Source: Deltaproteobacteria bacterium (GTDB taxonomy: Bacteria > SAR324 > NAC60-12). Taken from it: DNA of 57,354 nucleotides. The position numbers were made by a program, and so were the translations under genes. The stretch is taken from the NCBI GenBank assembly GCA_002683785.1, contig NYUB01000029.1, positions 1 to 57,354 on the forward strand, in the 5' to 3' direction. Of this stretch, positions 56,427 to 57,354 are shown piece after piece (position 1 is the first letter of the stretch; each line of letters opens with the position of its first letter). The notes beneath the pieces were generated by a model. That model saw nothing but the letters and a program-made list of their open reading frames with translations, did not search any database and had not been told where the DNA came from.

Positions 56427-56945
56427 TTAATCATTTTTTTGCTTATGCATTTTCCCATGATCATGGGAAATTTTCATTTTACCTTCTCCCTTTTCCTTGC
56501 CCTCCTTCATATGATTGTGTTTCATTTTATGATCATTCTTCATGACCATCCCATGCTTACCAAAATTCATTTTTTTTATGATGCGGTCTCTTCTTGGTTT
56601 GGTGAAATCAAGTTTCAATGCCCATTCACCATACATTTCCAGTGCTAAACGCACATGGTACATCCCCATACCCATGGAGTGCGCCATGATGGGTTTGACA
56701 TTATGAGCTCCGGGCATAGAAGGCATATCCGCACTTACATTGAACACTGCTTCTTTGACTTTAATGCTGGTTTTCATATCCATCAGTGAAATCATACAGT
56801 CATATACCAGTTTTTCTTCTGTGTTCTTGCATTGTATTTCCGCCATCATCTTGCCTGATGCAATGCTAGAAAAAAGTGTCATCAAAGGTGTAACCAATAC
56901 CGCGACCAAAAGTACCAATCTATTTTTCCTGCAACGTAACAACAT
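56427..56945 (-). CDS. secreted His/Met/Lys-rich protein with YtkA/FixH-like core (putative metal-binding)
   Basis: Signal/anchor LVLLVAVLVTPLMTLFSSIASG. ADMPSMPGAHN...GMGMYHVRLALEMYGEWALKL resembles YtkA-like domains. The last 45 residues hold 7 His, 6 Met and 12 Lys. The ATG overlaps the upstream TAA (TAATG). Confidence 0.55.
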   Translation of the reverse strand: MLLRCRKNRLVLLVAVLVTPLMTLFSSIASGKMMAEIQCKNTEEKLVYDCMISLMDMKTSIKVKEAVFNVSADMPSMPGAHNVKPIMAHSMGMGMYHVRLALEMYGEWALKLDFTKPRRDRIIKKMNFGKHGMVMKNDHKMKHNHMKEGKEKGEGKMKISHDHGKMHKQKND

Positions 56946-57354
56946 TATTGCATTCCAGTATCTTTCTCAGTCGCATTGACCAGGCAGGCCATGTTCCCAT
57001 ATGGATGTTTGTTTTCATGCATCAGTTGATGGGCATGGGCTATTTCATCAAAACTGTAAGTTCCAGAAAGGCAGGGGTCCACCTTTCTTGAAATCACCAG
57101 TTCATTAACCGCTGAAGCCTGATCATCATTAGCCAGGTGACTGCCCTGAAAACGTTTCTGCATCATCCAGTGGTAACGAAGATCCATGGTTATGTTGTAG
57201 CCTGTGGTCCCGGCACAGATCACTACCATTCCTCCGATATCACAGACAAAATCTGAAGTTGCCAGGGTTGACTCTCCTGGATGCTCAAAAACTATCCGTG
57301 GATTCTTTTTTTCTCCAACTGCTTCCCAGATCGCTTTGCCGAAGGCACGGGCGC
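56945..57354 (-). CDS. ccr: crotonyl-CoA carboxylase/reductase-like enoyl reductase, C-terminal part (N-terminus outside the window)
   Basis: The frame is open to the window edge. [33 protein letters not shown]...[11 protein letters not shown] matches the Ccr C-terminus as I recall it. Confidence 0.7.
   Translation of the reverse strand, partial: ARAFGKAIWEAVGEKKNPRIVFEHPGESTLATSDFVCDIGGMVVICAGTTGYNITMDLRYHWMMQKRFQGSHLANDDQASAVNELVISRKVDPCLSGTYSFDEIAHAHQLMHENKHPYGNMACLVNATEKDTGMQ

Overview
This 57.4-kb window is chromosomal sequence from a diderm (Gram-negative-type) bacterium. It shows LPS heptose genes, beta-barrel outer-membrane proteins ending in Phe, and ClpS/ClpA. I support about 50 protein genes. 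I found no rRNA, tRNA, CRISPR array, transposase, integrase or phage genes, so it does not look like a mobile or defence island. Most of it is housekeeping: ribF, hldE, an SHMT, pheA, rpmB, a short ParC-like topoisomerase subunit, serA, xth, dnaN-recF-gyrB (with no dnaA upstream), der, pyrE, cysE, clpS-clpA, rsmE and uvrC.

Regions worth a second look:
1. 36.7-45.3 kb: a compact four-gene module of an SsnA-like amidohydrolase, a YgfK-like Fe-S/TIM-barrel protein lacking the GltD-type half, an XdhD-like Mo hydroxylase with fused 2Fe-2S domains, and carbamate kinase, next to an MFS transporter. It looks like a pared-down version of the enterobacterial ygfK-ssnA-xdhD-yqeA N-heterocycle (purine/urate) fermentation cluster.
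2. 48.3-57.4 kb: one minus-strand array of crotonyl-CoA carboxylase/reductase, a His/Met-rich secreted protein, one Liv-type binding protein and two complete, divergent LivHMGF sets, convergent with a PrpE-like acyl-CoA synthetase.
3. 12955-13590 and 45251-46281: two long gene-poor stretches with an orphan terminator, a small ORF and an in-frame-stop remnant.
4. Oddly composed operons: FliN-like/heptosyltransferase/DUF4254-like/small membrane protein, and small exported protein/two OMP paralogs/PPTase.

All family assignments come from motif recognition by eye. No database search was run.
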